Shown: piece by piece, positions 1-14,229 of the stretch | Layout: each line of letters opens with the position of its first letter | How positions within the stretch are numbered: the first letter of the stretch is position 1 | Assembly: GCF_006345805.1 (NCBI RefSeq) | Contig: NC_043017.1 | Coordinates: 27,342,001-27,406,000, forward strand | Origin: Octopus sinensis | Lineage: Eukaryota | DNA length: 64,000 nucleotides | Direction: 5' to 3' | The notes under the pieces: model-generated | The model's input: only the letters and a program-made list of their open reading frames with translations | Databases searched by the model: none | What the model was told of the DNA's origin: nothing | Made by a program: the position numbers and the translations under genes

Positions 1-640
1 AATTGTGGCTAGTGAAGGCTTTAAGATAAGAGAACCACGGACGTCAGCATGTCTGTTTCAATATTCGATATAGATAATCGTATAATCGCACTTGTACACT
101 AACTGCTTTTTCACACCCTAAAACAGAATACTAAAAATTGCCTATTTATGTTTTTTTCTTGTTTATCCTAACATCCGAACTGATCAAACTCAGTTCTGGC
201 AATAAGCATTTCGATCACAACCAACGCAAATTTTACCCAACATATTGCGTCTAAATTATAATATCTAATATCTTATTCCCCTCTTTGATACAGTACGTTT
301 TGTGATAGATGTTACTGCACTTTTGTTTACTCGTATATTTTGTTATGAAGTTGAGTGTTTTGCATAATATCTTTGCTAAATTCTATTCACCCAAGTATCC
401 GGTGTTAGTTGTTTACTTTCATCTGCATAACATCGAGGAAAGGAAAAGAGGTGTATGGAAGACGTCTATAAAATTATATCCATGTAAATTTTAAAGATTT
501 CTAAACAATCCCCTAATGATTCAAGTTGTAGGAATACTTTTGTTAGACTTACAGTCAAACAATTCACTAATCCCTGGTCGCTGGGGGTTACAAGTCACGC
601 CTCTGTAATGACAGAACTAGAAATTTCAAATGAAAGATTA

Positions 641-850
641 CTCTTTTACTCTTTACTCTTTTACTTGTTTCAGTCATTTGACTGCGGCCATGCTGGAGTA
701 CCGTCTTTAGTCGAGCAAATCGACCCCGGGACTTATTCTTTGTACGCCCAGTACTTATTCTATCGGTCCCTTTTGCCGAACCGCTAAGTGACGGGGACGT
801 AAACACACCAGCATCGGTTGTCAAGCAATGCTCGGGGGACAAACACACAC

Positions 851-887
<37 letters not shown>

Positions 888-1072
888 CATACATATACAT
901 ACATATATACGACAGGCTTCTTTCAGTTTCCGTCTACCAAATCCACCCACAAGGCATTGGTCAGCCCGGGGCTATAGCAGAAGACACTTGCCCAAGATGC
1001 CACGCAGTGGGACTGAACCCGAAACCATGTGGTTGGTTAGCAAGCTACTTACCACACAGCCACTCCTGCGCC
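641..1072 (-). mobile_element. tRNA-headed SINE family A (~430 bp, internal (TA)n/(TG)n tract), full length
   Basis: Minus strand reads ggcgcaggagtggctgtgtggtaag (A-box-like) ... gggtttcagtccc (B-box-like) ... gcggttcggcaaaag ... gactgaaacaagtaaaagag tail; more than 15 homologous copies in the window. Confidence 0.9.
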
Positions 1073-2699
1073 TCGTCATTTACTGCTCAGATTTGTAATT
1101 CTGAATTCAGCATTGCGAAATTCTTCTACGTGTTCTAGCTTGTTGGTTTCAGTGATCGATTATGAAAATATCCCAGCAGGAATGGATATAACAACAACAG
1201 TTTTGGGATACTAATACTTCCATTGTCAAATATTCGCTTTTTGAAATGGAGCTGGTGGTCTCCTTTCATCTCTAGTTATTTAAAATGTCTTCAATATGTA
1301 TTGAATTATTAAGAGTGGCGGAATTAAAGAATGGGTACGTGGTTAGACATTGAGTGTTGCAGAGTTTACTTCAGTTCTTTGTTTTAATTTCAGTTGTTAC
1401 TGACCTAGCTTTCTCTCAACTTATCGGTGTTCTGGGATTAGTAACGTAAAATGTCAATATTTGTATTATCATTGCTATTGCTTCTTGCACCACATCGAAG
1501 AAGTATTTGAATATGAAATGATATAATAACAAAATGAAGAGCAACAACATGCAGGCCGCAAATTCTTCCACCTATTTACCAATTCTGCCAATCCAATAAT
1601 ATTGTTTTCTTCCTATAGGCAAAAATCTATAGATTTACCGAGTGAGAATACTTATTTATCTCGGCAAACATTATTTCAATAATTTCACATATTATTGAAC
1701 ACAGGAGGGTGAGAGGCGAAGACAAATACAGCAACATTTGAACTCAGATCAGGGAAAGAAAACGAAAATAAAATCAACTAAATGTTGTAAGACGTTGTTT
1801 CCCGACACTCTACCTATTCTTCAGATTCACTCCCCTTACTAATTCAATAAATATTCATGCTATTTTATCTAGCCAGAAATCAAAACAGACAGACGTCTTG
1901 CGAAGGATACATATGTAGAAAAATGTTGGCATTCTGATAAGGAATATGAAAATTAAAATATGGATATATTCCATAGCATGAAATAGAATTGTCTGAGAAT
2001 GATACAAATTTTATTCTGGCGGTACGTAAACGAAAGTATGGAGCGGATTGAAGATTTTGGCTGAGGTTTTCAAAGTCATCTACCATAATGCAAATTGATA
2101 GCATATGGTACGAACGTATGCTGATAATGTTTAAATATTCCGAGAGAAATCCTGGAACATACATTGTTTTTCTGTTCTGGATTTTGTTTTCTTAGACGCA
2201 CAATGTGAATTTGATGAAGTAACATGTGTGCAAGGAATAAATATTATCTTTGTGTGAAACTTGCGCGCACATATACATACGAAATACATTCTTACATAAA
2301 TAAATATTCACATAGAGATTCCACGTTTCCAGTTAGACCTTGTAGTACAGTAATACACGAACATGGACGTCCATAAGTATACGAATGAATGTGTGTGTGT
2401 TAATATTATAGAAGGTATTTACGAACAAAACGAGGCGAGACATTTTGCCTGGCATTCTAAAAATATGCTAACAGGCTTATATATTTATTTATGCATACAT
2501 CCCTACACACACACACACACATATACATACGTATATATATACATATACGTATGTATATTTGAAGACTCCACTAAAATGGACGAAAGCACTAATATATGTG
2601 ATATGATGTATAAATCATATAGCATACAAATAAATATCTGTAAATATAAAACCATCTGGATTTCAGAGTACCTCATTTCTTCTAATATCTATCTATCTA

Positions 2700-3243
2700 T
2701 CTCTCTCTCTATATATATATTTAAGAAATGAGGTTTATATATATAAGAAATGAGGTTTATATATATAAGAAATGAGGTTTATATATATAAGAAATGAGGT
2801 TTATATATATAAGAAATGAGGTTTATATATATAAGAAATCAGGTTTATGTATATAAGATATGACGTTTATATATATAAGAAATGAGGTTATATATATAAG
2901 AAATCAGGTTTATGTATATAAGATATGACGTTTATATATATGAGAAATGAAGTTTATATATATATATATATATATATATAAAACCAATGAGGTTTGTGTA
3001 TATATATATATAAAACCAATGAGGTTTGTGTATATATATATATATATATATAAAACCAATGAGGTTTGTATATATATATATATATAATATATATATATAT
3101 ATATAAGAAATGAGGTTTGTGTGTATATATATATAAGAAATGAGGTTTGTGTGTATATATATATATAAGAAATGAGGTTTGTGTGTATATATATATATAA
3201 GAAATGAGGTTTGTGTGTGTATATATATATAAGAAATGAGGTT

Positions 3244-3275
<32 letters not shown>

Positions 3276-3325
3276 CATACATACATACAGAGATACATAC
3301 GTATATATATATATGTGTGTGTGAG
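2700..3325. repeat. Minisatellite (aagaaatgaggttt + (TA)n/(TG)n units of about 21-35 bp)
   Basis: About 20 tandem units starting aagaaatgaggttt or aaaaccaatgaggttt. Confidence 0.95.
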
Positions 3326-4395
3326 TGCAGGACATACTTATCATTTATGAATACAAAGCCAAGAAAAATATTAACAAATTGGTGTGTCGTAGGACTTTGT
3401 GGCAGCGACTTCATTTTGTTCGTAACTATCTTCTGAGATATAAACACATACGTTCACTCGTATACTTATTGAGTTCCATGTTCGTGTATTCCTGGAGTAT
3501 AAAGTCTAACTGGAAATAGGGAAAATCTATGTCAATATTTATTTAAGAGTGTATTTTTGTTGCTACTTCTACCGGATCCTGTGACACCGAAGAGAGTCTA
3601 TCTCTCTTGGGATAATTATAGAATCCAACATATACAGGGGGAGAATTTATATCATTTTATTTATAGATGAGCCGGCATAATTGACTCAAGTTCCTTATAA
3701 TCAGTGCCAAGCACTCACCACAATTTGATGTTTTGGCACAAATTTAGGTCACGGCTGTCGTGTCTCGGCCATAAATAACTTATTTTGTGTGTGTGTGTGT
3801 GTGTGTGAGTATGCACACACACACACACACACACACACATGTATATACATATGCGTATATGTTTAGAGGACGTCGTAAAACGTAAACATGAAATAAGAAA
3901 TACCAAAATATGGAATACGAACATTTTTGTCAACAATGAAATAAATAAATGGAAAACAAGACGAATAACAAAGAACGACCCTTCATCACTTTTCATGTGT
4001 ATCTACTCCATATTTCGAGCAATTACGACAAGATGTGTCTTGGCGAAAACAGTAGATCCCTCAAAGCAAAATACATACATCCGTAAGTAAACACGAGGTT
4101 TATACATACATGCAGACATATATACATATTTATACACCTATATGTATATATTTATATATATTTCGTTAAGGGAGTTGGTTTGCATGATTCTTTGAGTTTC
4201 TTCGTGTGTTGAAGCATATTCTGTTGTGTCTGGGGAGAGTCATTCTCTTTTAGTGCCATATTATTTAACACATGCACCGGTAAAGTTTCCAATCATTTAC
4301 TTATATATTTTTCTAAAATTTTCTTTGCGTCTTGCAAAATTTTCAATAATCGTTGGCTTATATATATATAATATATATATATATATATTATATAT

Positions 4396-4427
<32 letters not shown>

Positions 4428-4440
4428 ATATATATATATA

Positions 4441-4782
4441 TAAGGGTAAAGACCCCCTTCGGTCATGAATGACCATGGGATTGCACCTAGAAAGTTACCC
4501 TCTTAGACACAAGTCTGGGCAAAGTTGTTTTTATGGAAGGCCAGCAGTCGCCCATGCATATCAGCCTCCCCTCTCCACGCCACCAGTGTTATCCAAGGGA
4601 AAGACAAAGGTCGATACAGCTTGGCACCAGTGACGTCGCAACTCATTTCTACAGCTGAGTGAACTGGAGCAACGTGAAATAAAGTGCCTTGCTCGAGAAC
4701 ACAACACGCAGCCCGGTCCGGGATTCGAGCTCACAACCTCACGATCGTAAGCTCGACGCTCTAACCACTGAGCCATGCGCCT

Positions 4783-4786
<4 letters not shown>
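4441..4786 (-). mobile_element. tRNA-derived SINE family D with CORE-like central domain
   Basis: Minus strand gtgaaggcgcatggctcagtggttagagcg...ctcgaatccc head, then gagcaaggcactttatttcacgttgctccagttcactcagctgtagaaatg; related head at 21281-21502. Confidence 0.8.
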
Positions 4787-4816
<30 letters not shown>

Positions 4817-4819
<3 letters not shown>

Positions 4820-5062
4820 TTAGTTGGTGCATAATTATTGCGACTTTTTCAAGAAGTTTTATTCAAGAAAAACTAAGAATATTTAACAGAAACATATTTA
4901 AATGACGGTCTGACCGTTTGCCAAGCAAATGTGAAGCAGTAATTGAAGTAGATGGTGAATATGCTCCAGAAGAATTGTTTAAATATGTTTTTTACATGTT
5001 ATTATTGTTTTTGTTGAATAAAATTCGTTGAAAAAAAACCGCAATAATTATGCACCAACCCA

Positions 5063-5063
<1 letters not shown>
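4817..5063. mobile_element. Mariner-type MITE
   Basis: TIRs tt(ctt)agttggtgcataattattgcg / cgcaataattatgcaccaacccaa resemble the mariner TIR; embedded in TA repeats. Confidence 0.8.
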
Positions 5064-5093
<30 letters not shown>

Positions 5094-5835
5094 ATTTATA
5101 TTAATGCATGTAAGTGTGCTTATATGTGTGTGTGTGTATGTATGTGAATGTCTTTGCATGTGTGCGTTTTCATTTTCTTGCCATTTTGTGAAGAAGATGG
5201 TTGATATTCCAACATATGTTTTTCAATGATTGTAATACCAAAAGAAAAAAATATCGTTTCAAGTTAATACACCGTATACATATATATATATAGCCGACAC
5301 CTTTTGACGAAAAATATATTCATTTCGAAGCTCAGTAAATTTCGAAATAAATATAAAGTTGCTAGTGAGAATTACGTAACGTCGTACTGCAACATGTATA
5401 TGTGATGCGACCAGGGAAGAGAGAAAAAAATAATCGGAAACATCGTTATATGTTTTTCAGTTTCATAATATTTTTCAGGGTGTACGTAATTTGTTTTCAG
5501 ATTCTCGAGTTTGTAATTAGATGGCGTGTGTTTCTTTATTTCGTTTTCATAACTTGGTTTAATTTCACGTTGGATGAAATTTTATTTCAGCAAATTTAAT
5601 AACAATATATTAATATAATATGTAATGTTATTAAATTTGCCACTTTTCGCTTTTCGCTATACATATTTATAAAAAAAAACAACAAAACAAAAAAAGCACA
5701 TGTTTGTATAACTGTGTATTTCTGTATTTGTATTTGCATACATGCATACTCACGAATATCGTACACGTAGGCACCACCTGTTAAATATATGTATCTATGT
5801 GTATGTGTGCGAGTGTGTGCTGACACACACACAAA

Positions 5836-5839
<4 letters not shown>

Positions 5840-5884
<45 letters not shown>

Positions 5885-5887
5885 GAG

Positions 5888-5924
<37 letters not shown>

Positions 5925-6059
5925 TATATAGAGAGAGAGAGATAGATAGAGATATATATATAGAGAGAGATAGAGATAGATATATAGATAGAGATAGATA
6001 TATAGATAGATAGAGATAGATATATAGAGACAGAGATAGATATATATAGAGAGAGATAG

Positions 6060-6094
<35 letters not shown>

Positions 6095-6239
6095 TATAGA
6101 TATATATATATATAGAGAGAGAGAGAGATATAGATATATATATATATATAGAGAGAGAGAGATATAGATATAGATATATATATATAGAGAGAGAGAGATA
6201 GATATAGATATATATATATAGAGAGAGAGAGAGAGACAG

Positions 6240-6274
<35 letters not shown>

Positions 6275-6277
6275 CCG

Positions 6278-6308
<31 letters not shown>

Positions 6309-6470
6309 CAGATAGATATAGATATATATAGATATATATATAGAGAGAGATAGATATAGATATATATAGATATATATATATTAGAGAGAGAGATATAGAT
6401 ATATATAGATATATATATATATAGAGAGAGAGATAGATCTATATAGATATATATAAAGATAGATATAACT
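5840..6470. repeat. Compound (TA)n/(GA)n/(TAGA)n microsatellite
   Basis: Direct inspection. Confidence 0.95.
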
Positions 6471-7819
6471 TTATATAATGTTTATATGGTCATACATAAA
6501 TATGCATATATCAATAAATGCATGTATGTGTATTTTTCTCTCTCACTGTTCCTCTCCACACACACAAACACACGTGGCAGTGGGAAACCGAGTGAAAGAT
6601 GAAATATTTTATTAGATTTAAATATAGACATATCGTTAGATGCTATTATGATACAGGCTCATATATATGTGCAAGCCTGGTAAATAATATATAACAGAAA
6701 ATATAGAAATTAATTCTACAAATATAAAATATAGCTAACTGGATCTTATTTATTCGAAGATATATAAATTATTATCTGTATGAATGCATTTATTTCAATT
6801 TTTCATGTTATGTAAGATGTCGCTAGATTCGCGCAATTTCTTACGTAACAAATGAAACCAATTTTACCTCAGTACATATTTACCAATTAATTGTTTCTAC
6901 CATGTATTTAAAACTTCGAATTACAATAGAAGTATTGTCTTCGTTCAGGAATTTATTCGATGTGAAAAAAATAGGTGTTAAGTAAGCACACAACAAAACA
7001 AAATATTTTGAAGAAAATTATGATTTATTTGGAAATGGTTTCGGATTTTGGAACAGCGCCATCAACTGGAGTGAAGGGGTAGTCAATCACATTGACCCAA
7101 GGGCTCAGCTGGTACTTATTTTATCGAGCATTAAAGAATGAAAGGCAAAGTCCATCTCGTCGGAATTTCAGTTCGAAAGGTAAAGACGAACGGAATTGGT
7201 GTTAATCCGATTGCTCAGCGGACTAATAAACCTGGAAGCAAGCGCCTTGTATGATATATTAGGTAATTATGTCTGAGGTATAAAGTGTAAAATGAAAAGG
7301 CAAAATCTTAAAACTACAACAAAAGAGACGATATCGTGATGTTGTGAACGCAATGATCTCAATACTTGTTTTGTATGCTGGAAAAATAACTTGGGACTCC
7401 TCATCATAAAAAATAATCTGGAAAAACCATGACAAGAACGGTATTAATTTATTTTATATCTCTTGGAAGTTGTGGTAGTTATTCCCACATATTCACACTA
7501 ACCCACGCCCTCACAGACATGCACTAACAAGCTTACACATATGTCTGTACACTAACACAAACGCATCACACTCACCACACACCACATGCACACACGCCTC
7601 ACACAGACTCACACAAACAAATATACTGCTTAATGAATAACGCCAGAACAATCGTTACGTAATTACTTCGTTAGCTTAGAGGCGTTTCTTAGTATAAGTA
7701 GCACTCAACTCAAAATTGAATATCTGTGCAACATCCTATAAATTAGTCGGCGCCATGCAAACGCATGCGTGCACGAACACGCATATTATTATTATTATTA
7801 TTATTATTATTATCATTAT

Positions 7820-8330
7820 TGAGTAAAATATACGAAGCCCAGTATACCCATCATCACTACCCGTCTTATAAGGGTACAATACGCACATGCATCACAAACA
7901 TACGTGCGTGACATGGTGATCCCATATCAAGATACACAACGCATGACCTTGCTGGTGAGGTCCATTTAGAATTTCCTTTGGGCTGAATAGCCCATCCTGC
8001 TCTAAAAGTCCCTGAATAAGGGTTGTTTAAGAATGTTGAACGAAACGCCCATGTTTCCAGAGGTTAATTATCCAAACCCAAAGAATTCCTCTCAACCAAA
8101 GGCATTTATGCTCCGCCACTACTGCTCGTAATTGGAGATGCACATATTGTCATCCACTAAGGGACATGCTCAACTGGTTAAGGTCAAACAACTGACAACA
8201 AAATCTGTGGTATTAAGAAGAATATTTGCAGTAGTCCATCTTTTATACCAAGACAAAACAATGTAGATAACACTTCCAATCAATTAAGATGAAAAACCAT
8301 GAAAGTCACGTCATGGTACTGCATTAGGGA
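7820..8330. repeat. Dispersed repeat bounded by (ATT)n; second copy at 56180-56845
   Basis: Shared gtaaaa(a)tatacgaagcc.agt.tacccatca...acatggtgatc...agggttgtttaag...ttccagag...; probably retroposon-derived, class unresolved. Confidence 0.75.
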
Positions 8331-8482
8331 ATTTACATCATCATCATCACTATTATTTTAATACTAATTATTATTGAAAACAGTATCATTCTACCACTTC
8401 TGTAAGAAGTCTACAAAACTTCAGGTTACACGGGCTCGAATCACACTGTCTTGGATATTAATATATGAGACTCCTGCTGAAT

Positions 8483-8700
8483 GCGTTGAGTGCGCCTCTG
8501 TTTCGTATGTATGTATATATATACCGTTGGCGATTTTTTCTTCCTCTGTCTTCCCTTCTCTGGATCTTCTATGTTTCCGACGAACAGCTCTGCTCGAAAC
8601 GTTAAGCCCTCCTTCTTTCCTCAGCGTCCAATGATACTATATTTGTTCCACGTACTCGCGTTGTTGTGTTTTTTTGTGTTTTCTTGTTTGGATTAATTTT
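8483..8700 (+). mobile_element. Penelope-like terminal repeat fragment with degenerate hammerhead (8573-8607)
   Basis: gttt-CCGACGA-a-cagctctgctc-GAAA-CGTT-aagc; flanked by (TA)n on both sides. Confidence 0.5.
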
Positions 8701-9925
8701 ATATATATATATATTATATATATATGTACACGCACGCACACGTGTATTTTTTAAATGTTTACAAATAACACGGAAAATATATAGACAGCAGGGTAGCAAA
8801 AATTCATAAAGTACCAATTATATAGGTAGTTCTTCATCTCAGTTGCCCAAAAGAATATCTAACCATTAATCTATATTTTGGCATATCAATAAATGTATCA
8901 ATACTGGGCTTAGTAAATTAACTAGGTTTCTAATGAAACACAATAAAAAAATTTGATTTGGAATGGAATATTCTATCTATAGCCTTTCTTTATGATAAAG
9001 CCAAGTCTTTTTGTTCACATTATAACGATGACCTGTATTTCCTCTTGTTCTGAGACAATAAAGAACGCGCTATCATTGCAAGCATTGGCAAAAACACATA
9101 CCTTTATTTCCTATAAGTGATTTCTACCAGTCTATAAATATCGATCTTTAACTGTCTTTTTGCATTTCACTTCCACTAAATATATGTATTTCCACGTCTT
9201 TAATGTTTATTTCTATTCACCTATCGCACTATATTTCATCACTTTTAGTTTTCTGCTAATTTCTTTCTTCCTTCTCATCTTTCTATAAATTGCCTTTCAC
9301 GTTATATCTATTAATCGTTTTCTTAAAAATAACTTACCAGCATTCCCTTCATCACACATGCAGTAATCATATTCGATTGAAATGTCTTATTGATGTGTTT
9401 TGTTTCTCTTTTTTCCCCGAGGAAAGACCCTATTGTTTTATATAATTTTATTCCTTCTGGAATAACACCGTTTTCTTCGAAACATATGTTGGAATTATAA
9501 AGATTTAAACAACTCATGCGGTTAACTCAATTTATATGTGTATATGTGTACATATAGATAGACTATCTGCGTATATAATTTATGTGTATGCAATTATGTA
9601 TAGAGGAGGTTTTATTTCATTATAAAGAGAGCAGTGCGATACAGTTACATCGATGGCTTTCTACTGTAAGAAGCAAATCCTATATCTTTAATGAACTTCG
9701 AATCATTTTATTCCTCCATCACATTAACAGACCTGAATTCACTCTCGGTTTTAACGATGTGCTCCAAATCTTCGATTTAATATATTACTACTCGCGAAGT
9801 TTACTTGCAAACGGTCGAGTATTCTATAGACATGTGTAGGTTTAATAAAGGTTTCAGTAGAAATCAGAGTGAAAATAGGGTTTTGTGAGATGGTGGTGGA
9901 GGCAGAATCGTGTAAATTTTTATTA

Positions 9926-10147
9926 CAGTAATCCCTTAACTATCGTGGGTATTACATTCCAAACCACCAACACCCCGCGATAGGTGAAAATCCGCGAAGT
10001 AGAAAGAGTACCGTATTGTATTATTATTATTTTTATTTTTTATAATTTGTACGTAGTTATTTTATTATAACAACACCACGGGGGAATCGACGTAAGCTTA
10101 CATAATAATCCGCGATAGGTGAACCGCGATATGGCGAGGTATTACTG
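9926..10147. mobile_element. Tigger/pogo-like MITE
   Basis: TA|cagtaatccct...atcgtgg and ccgcgatatggcgaggtattactg|TA: imperfect TIRs beginning CAGT with TA target duplication. Confidence 0.75.
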
Positions 10148-11313
10148 TATTTCATTTCTAGAACACGGTAAAGTGAAAGGTAAAAACGCTGGCCTATTCG
10201 GCTTCGGATCAAGAACAGACACACGCACTAGAAATTCTGACGCTAGGCATATTATCCGAAGCTCTGCTTCCATCCGTCGTTTCTGCTAATACGCGGCCTT
10301 CATCACCCTAATATACACAATACTCGTAGCTTTTATTCATATCTCTAATATTTCTTCGTCTTCTCCTACAAATGCATTACATTCTTAAAGTTATTCTTTT
10401 AATATTATGTACGAACTTGGTCCAAAATGCCAAAGCAATAAATATACATATATTCCCCATATCTGTTAAGCGTTTACACAAAGAAAATTTTGTTCGTCCA
10501 CTTGTTTTTCTTGTATTTCTTATCATCATCATCATCTATTCACCTAATTGTTGTTATTATTATTATTATTGTTATTATTATTTTGCTCTTTCTTAAAACT
10601 AGTTACAAATCATCCATAAGTATATAATTGATTTTATGCATCCTGTGTAAAATCAATTATTGTACACCCAATTTCTCTTTCCATTCCTAGTAATAACGTT
10701 AGTAGTAATAACGCATCGCAAATATTACACAGTACAAATTATTACTCTGAAAGATTTCTTTTATTGATCGTAATTCCATCAAGATATATTAACAGAAATA
10801 CATGATACATTTCCTCTGTTTCCTATACCCGCAATTTTCTTTTTCTTCGCCTTGTTTATGTCTTTATGTATAACCGTTCTTATACTTAATTCTTACCCGT
10901 GTCATATGCAACTTTTCGATAATTTAGGTCAGATGATTTATATCATAACCAAATAACCACCCAACCATTTTTCATACAAAATATTCAAGCAGCGAAATAA
11001 ATGCTAAACCGTTCGGAAGAAGAAGAATAGCTTTAGGTTATGAAAGAAACTTTCAGCCTTTCATAAGTTTACGTCTGTTCTTAGAATATTTAACAACGGT
11101 CTATATAAATGATTGTCTCTTAGCTTATGAATTGTTAGTAACTTCTTATAATTTTCGGACTGCACATGGCCTATAAAGAAATGCATAACCCTACAGGAAG
11201 TACTAAGAGGTTGCTTTAGTTCACAATCGCCATACTTCGGCTTGTTGCATAACAATTTATCTCATATTTATTAAATACTTTTGGGTTTTAGAATTTTCGA
11301 GCGCAGAGATGTT

Positions 11314-11741
11314 GGATCTTTTCGGTTTGAACGGCAGTTTTTAACATAATTTCTAGGTAACTAAAAAATTTTAAACTTCGTATACTGGTAGAATGTGTTT
11401 ATAAAACATCTTTTGCTCTTGGCTTTATTGAGGAAATTCTATGGTTTGTAAGATATTTGTTATTTTTTTCTTCAATTTCTGCAATTTCAACCAATCACTG
11501 ACGTCTATTGAGGTTTAAAAAATCATTCTGTGCCGTATGAATATGTCCCTCATTTAAGAAACAGATTGGGTTTATTTACATTTGTGAAGAAAAAAGATAT
11601 CCTTCCCCCCACGCCTAACCCTAACTAACCCTAAATCTAAAATAGATTGAAATGCAATAGATCGATTCTAGTGTCATAATTATGGGTGAAAATTTTATAT
11701 GACACCGCTAGAAAAAACTCCCGTTCAAACCGAAAAGATCC
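11314..11741. mobile_element. Non-autonomous DNA transposon (MITE), 29-bp TIR, 8-bp TSD; Merlin-like
   Basis: TIR ggatcttttcggtttgaacggcagttttt / aaaaactcccgttcaaaccgaaaagatcc (1 mismatch); TSD gagatgtt at 11306-11313 and 11742-11749. Confidence 0.88.
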
Positions 11742-11949
11742 GAGATGTTTTGCTGTTTTAAGTATTCCACGATTGTGATAACCAATTATATTACATTAGT
11801 TTGTCACGCTTGGTTTATATACTTTTTGTCTGAAGAGAACTTGAAACTCATGCGACTAAGCTTCTACATTCGTTTGTACTAGAATATTCGATAGTGTGAA
11901 GAGTGAATCCACGTTCACAAGCTACCAGAATATTCTTCTCTTTCTTTTC

Positions 11950-12333
11950 TCTCTTTTACTTGTTTCAGTCATCTGACTGCGGCCATGCTCGAGCATCGCT
12001 TTAAGTCGAGCTCATCAACCCCAGGACTTATTCTTTGTAAGTCTAGTACTTATTCTATCGGTCTCTTTTGCCGAACCGCAAAGTTACGGGAACGAAAATA
12101 AACTAGCATCGGTTATCAAGCGATGTTGAGGGGACAAACACAGACACACATATATATATATATATATATACATGCATACGACGGGCTTCTTTCAATTTCC
12201 GTCTGCCAAATTCACTCAAGTCTTTGGTCTGCCTGAGGCTATAGTAGAAGACAATTTCCTGAAGTGCCACGCAGTGGGACTGAACCCGGAACCATCTGGT
12301 TGGTAAGCAAGTTAACACTCAGCCACTCCTGCG
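11950..12333 (-). mobile_element. SINE family A
   Basis: Homologous to 641-1072. Confidence 0.9.
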
Positions 12334-13788
12334 TATATCTGTAATATAAATAAAAAAACAGTGCATAGTAAGACAGGCAAAATGCTTCAAGTGATATTTA
12401 TCTCCCTTTACATTCTGAGTTAAAGCATTTTGCGAGTACATTTTGTCAGTCAGCTCGTACAAGTTTATAAAATAAAATAAAATATCAGACAAGAATTATT
12501 GGGTGTTATTCTAAAATTCCTATAGATAATCCAATGTATGGATTGAATTCTAGAAGGAACATAAATCTTAGGCACTCCATTTCAATAATTGGTTTCTGAC
12601 ACGTGTATACAAATTAAATTTTCTGCGATTATTCGACAGTAAAATATTAGCATATCTAAACGTTAAGACTGCAGTCCATCATTACCAGCTGCTTATGAAT
12701 AAATATTTTATTATCCTCGGCCATAATCTAAAATTCCTAACATTTTGTAGAATTGAGTAACCTTCAACGTCACCGTAATTCTTCGCTGTCTTATTCAACG
12801 TTTGTAGAACATTTATGGCGTAATGTGCAGTTATTTAGATTTAATTATAAATTTACAATTGATTAGGTATTTGTTTAAGTTATTTACGTTCGCAAATATT
12901 GATGAATGTGAAATGTATAACGACCAAACTGTAATATAAAATTTAATGAACCATATATGTATCTATCTATCTATGTACGTACGTACGTATGTATGTACGT
13001 ACGTACGTATGTATGTACGTACGTACGTATGTATGTACGTACGTATGTATGTGTATGTACAGTCTCAGGAGAAATGTGTTAATTTTAGCTACGCAATAAT
13101 TGTAGATATATGCACCGCTTTCATCACCGTCATGTGAATATTGTGTTTCATATATATTTCCCAAGTTTGCAATCTGCAAATATTTTTTCCATGTTTATTA
13201 ACTCCTTCTGCTTTGATTATTCAACGTTGTCACGTCTTTCGAATCAATCTTTTTGATGTCAGCTTTTAATTTATCCTCGGCGTACGTTTTTCATGTTTGA
13301 TTTCAAATTTATTTCCTCGATTTCACCCTCAAATTAACGCTAAAGTAAATATAAGTGGACATTATGAAATTTATTTCTCTGTGCTCTACTCACGGAACAG
13401 CAACTGTAGTAGTAGTAGTAGTAGTAGTAGTAGAAGCAACAGCAGCAGCAAAATAAGAAGGTGCGTACTTTGTTCTGATTGCTTTCAACATCCGTCTCAG
13501 TAACTCAATCATACTTACTTCTCCGTATTTTCATTTTGTTAAATGCACCTCTTCCATTCCTGCACACATTTGTCTTTCTTCATAAGTATTAAAGTTCCCC
13601 AAGTGCTGAATACTACACACAATATTTCAAGTAGAAATTAACTGATCGTACCTAAAACCTAAAACAACTGGTTTAATATCTGTCATAATAAGCATTGGTG
13701 ATGATTTCCTTCCTGGTGATTTAAATGCATTCCTGGAGCGGTTATAGTTGTTTCCAGCCATGATCATTATTATTATTATTATTATTGA

Positions 13789-13951
13789 GGCGTAAGAGTG
13801 GCTGTGTGGTAAGTAGCTTGCTTACCAACCACATGGTTCCGGGTTCAATCCCACTGCGTGGCACCTTAGGCAAGTGTCTTCTACTATAGCCTCGGCCCGA
13901 CCAAAGCCTTGTGAGTGGATTTGGTAGACGGAAACTGAAAGAAGCCCATCG

Positions 13952-14000
<49 letters not shown>

Positions 14001-14218
14001 ATATATGTTTGTGTATCTCTGTTTGTCCCCCCAACATCGCTTGACAACCGATGCCGGTGTGTTTACGTCCCCGTAACTTAGCGGTTCGGCAAAAGAGACC
14101 GATACAATAAGTACTAGGCTTACAATGAATAAGTCCTGGGGTCGATTCGCTCGACTAAAAGGCGGTGCTCCAGCAAGGCCACAGTCAAATGACTGAAACA
14201 AATAAAAGAGTAAAGAGT
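13789..14218 (+). mobile_element. SINE family A, full length
   Basis: ggcgtaagagtggctgtgtggtaag...gactgaaacaaataaaagag. Confidence 0.9.
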
Positions 14219-14229
14219 TTTATTTTTTT

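Noticed and set aside
2700-3250. Repeat-spacer-like periodicity (CRISPR-like look)
   Set aside because: Spacers are only variable (TA)n/(TG)n; eukaryotic minisatellite with no cas genes.
4185-4260. Minus-strand ctaaaaga...gaaactcaaagaatc, loosely hammerhead-like
   Set aside because: Several core mismatches; not distinguishable from chance.
11882-11935. Hammerhead-like relic gTGAAGA-GTGAA tccacg TTCAC-aagcta-ccag
   Set aside because: C3 and the GAAA box are missing; at most a dead relic.
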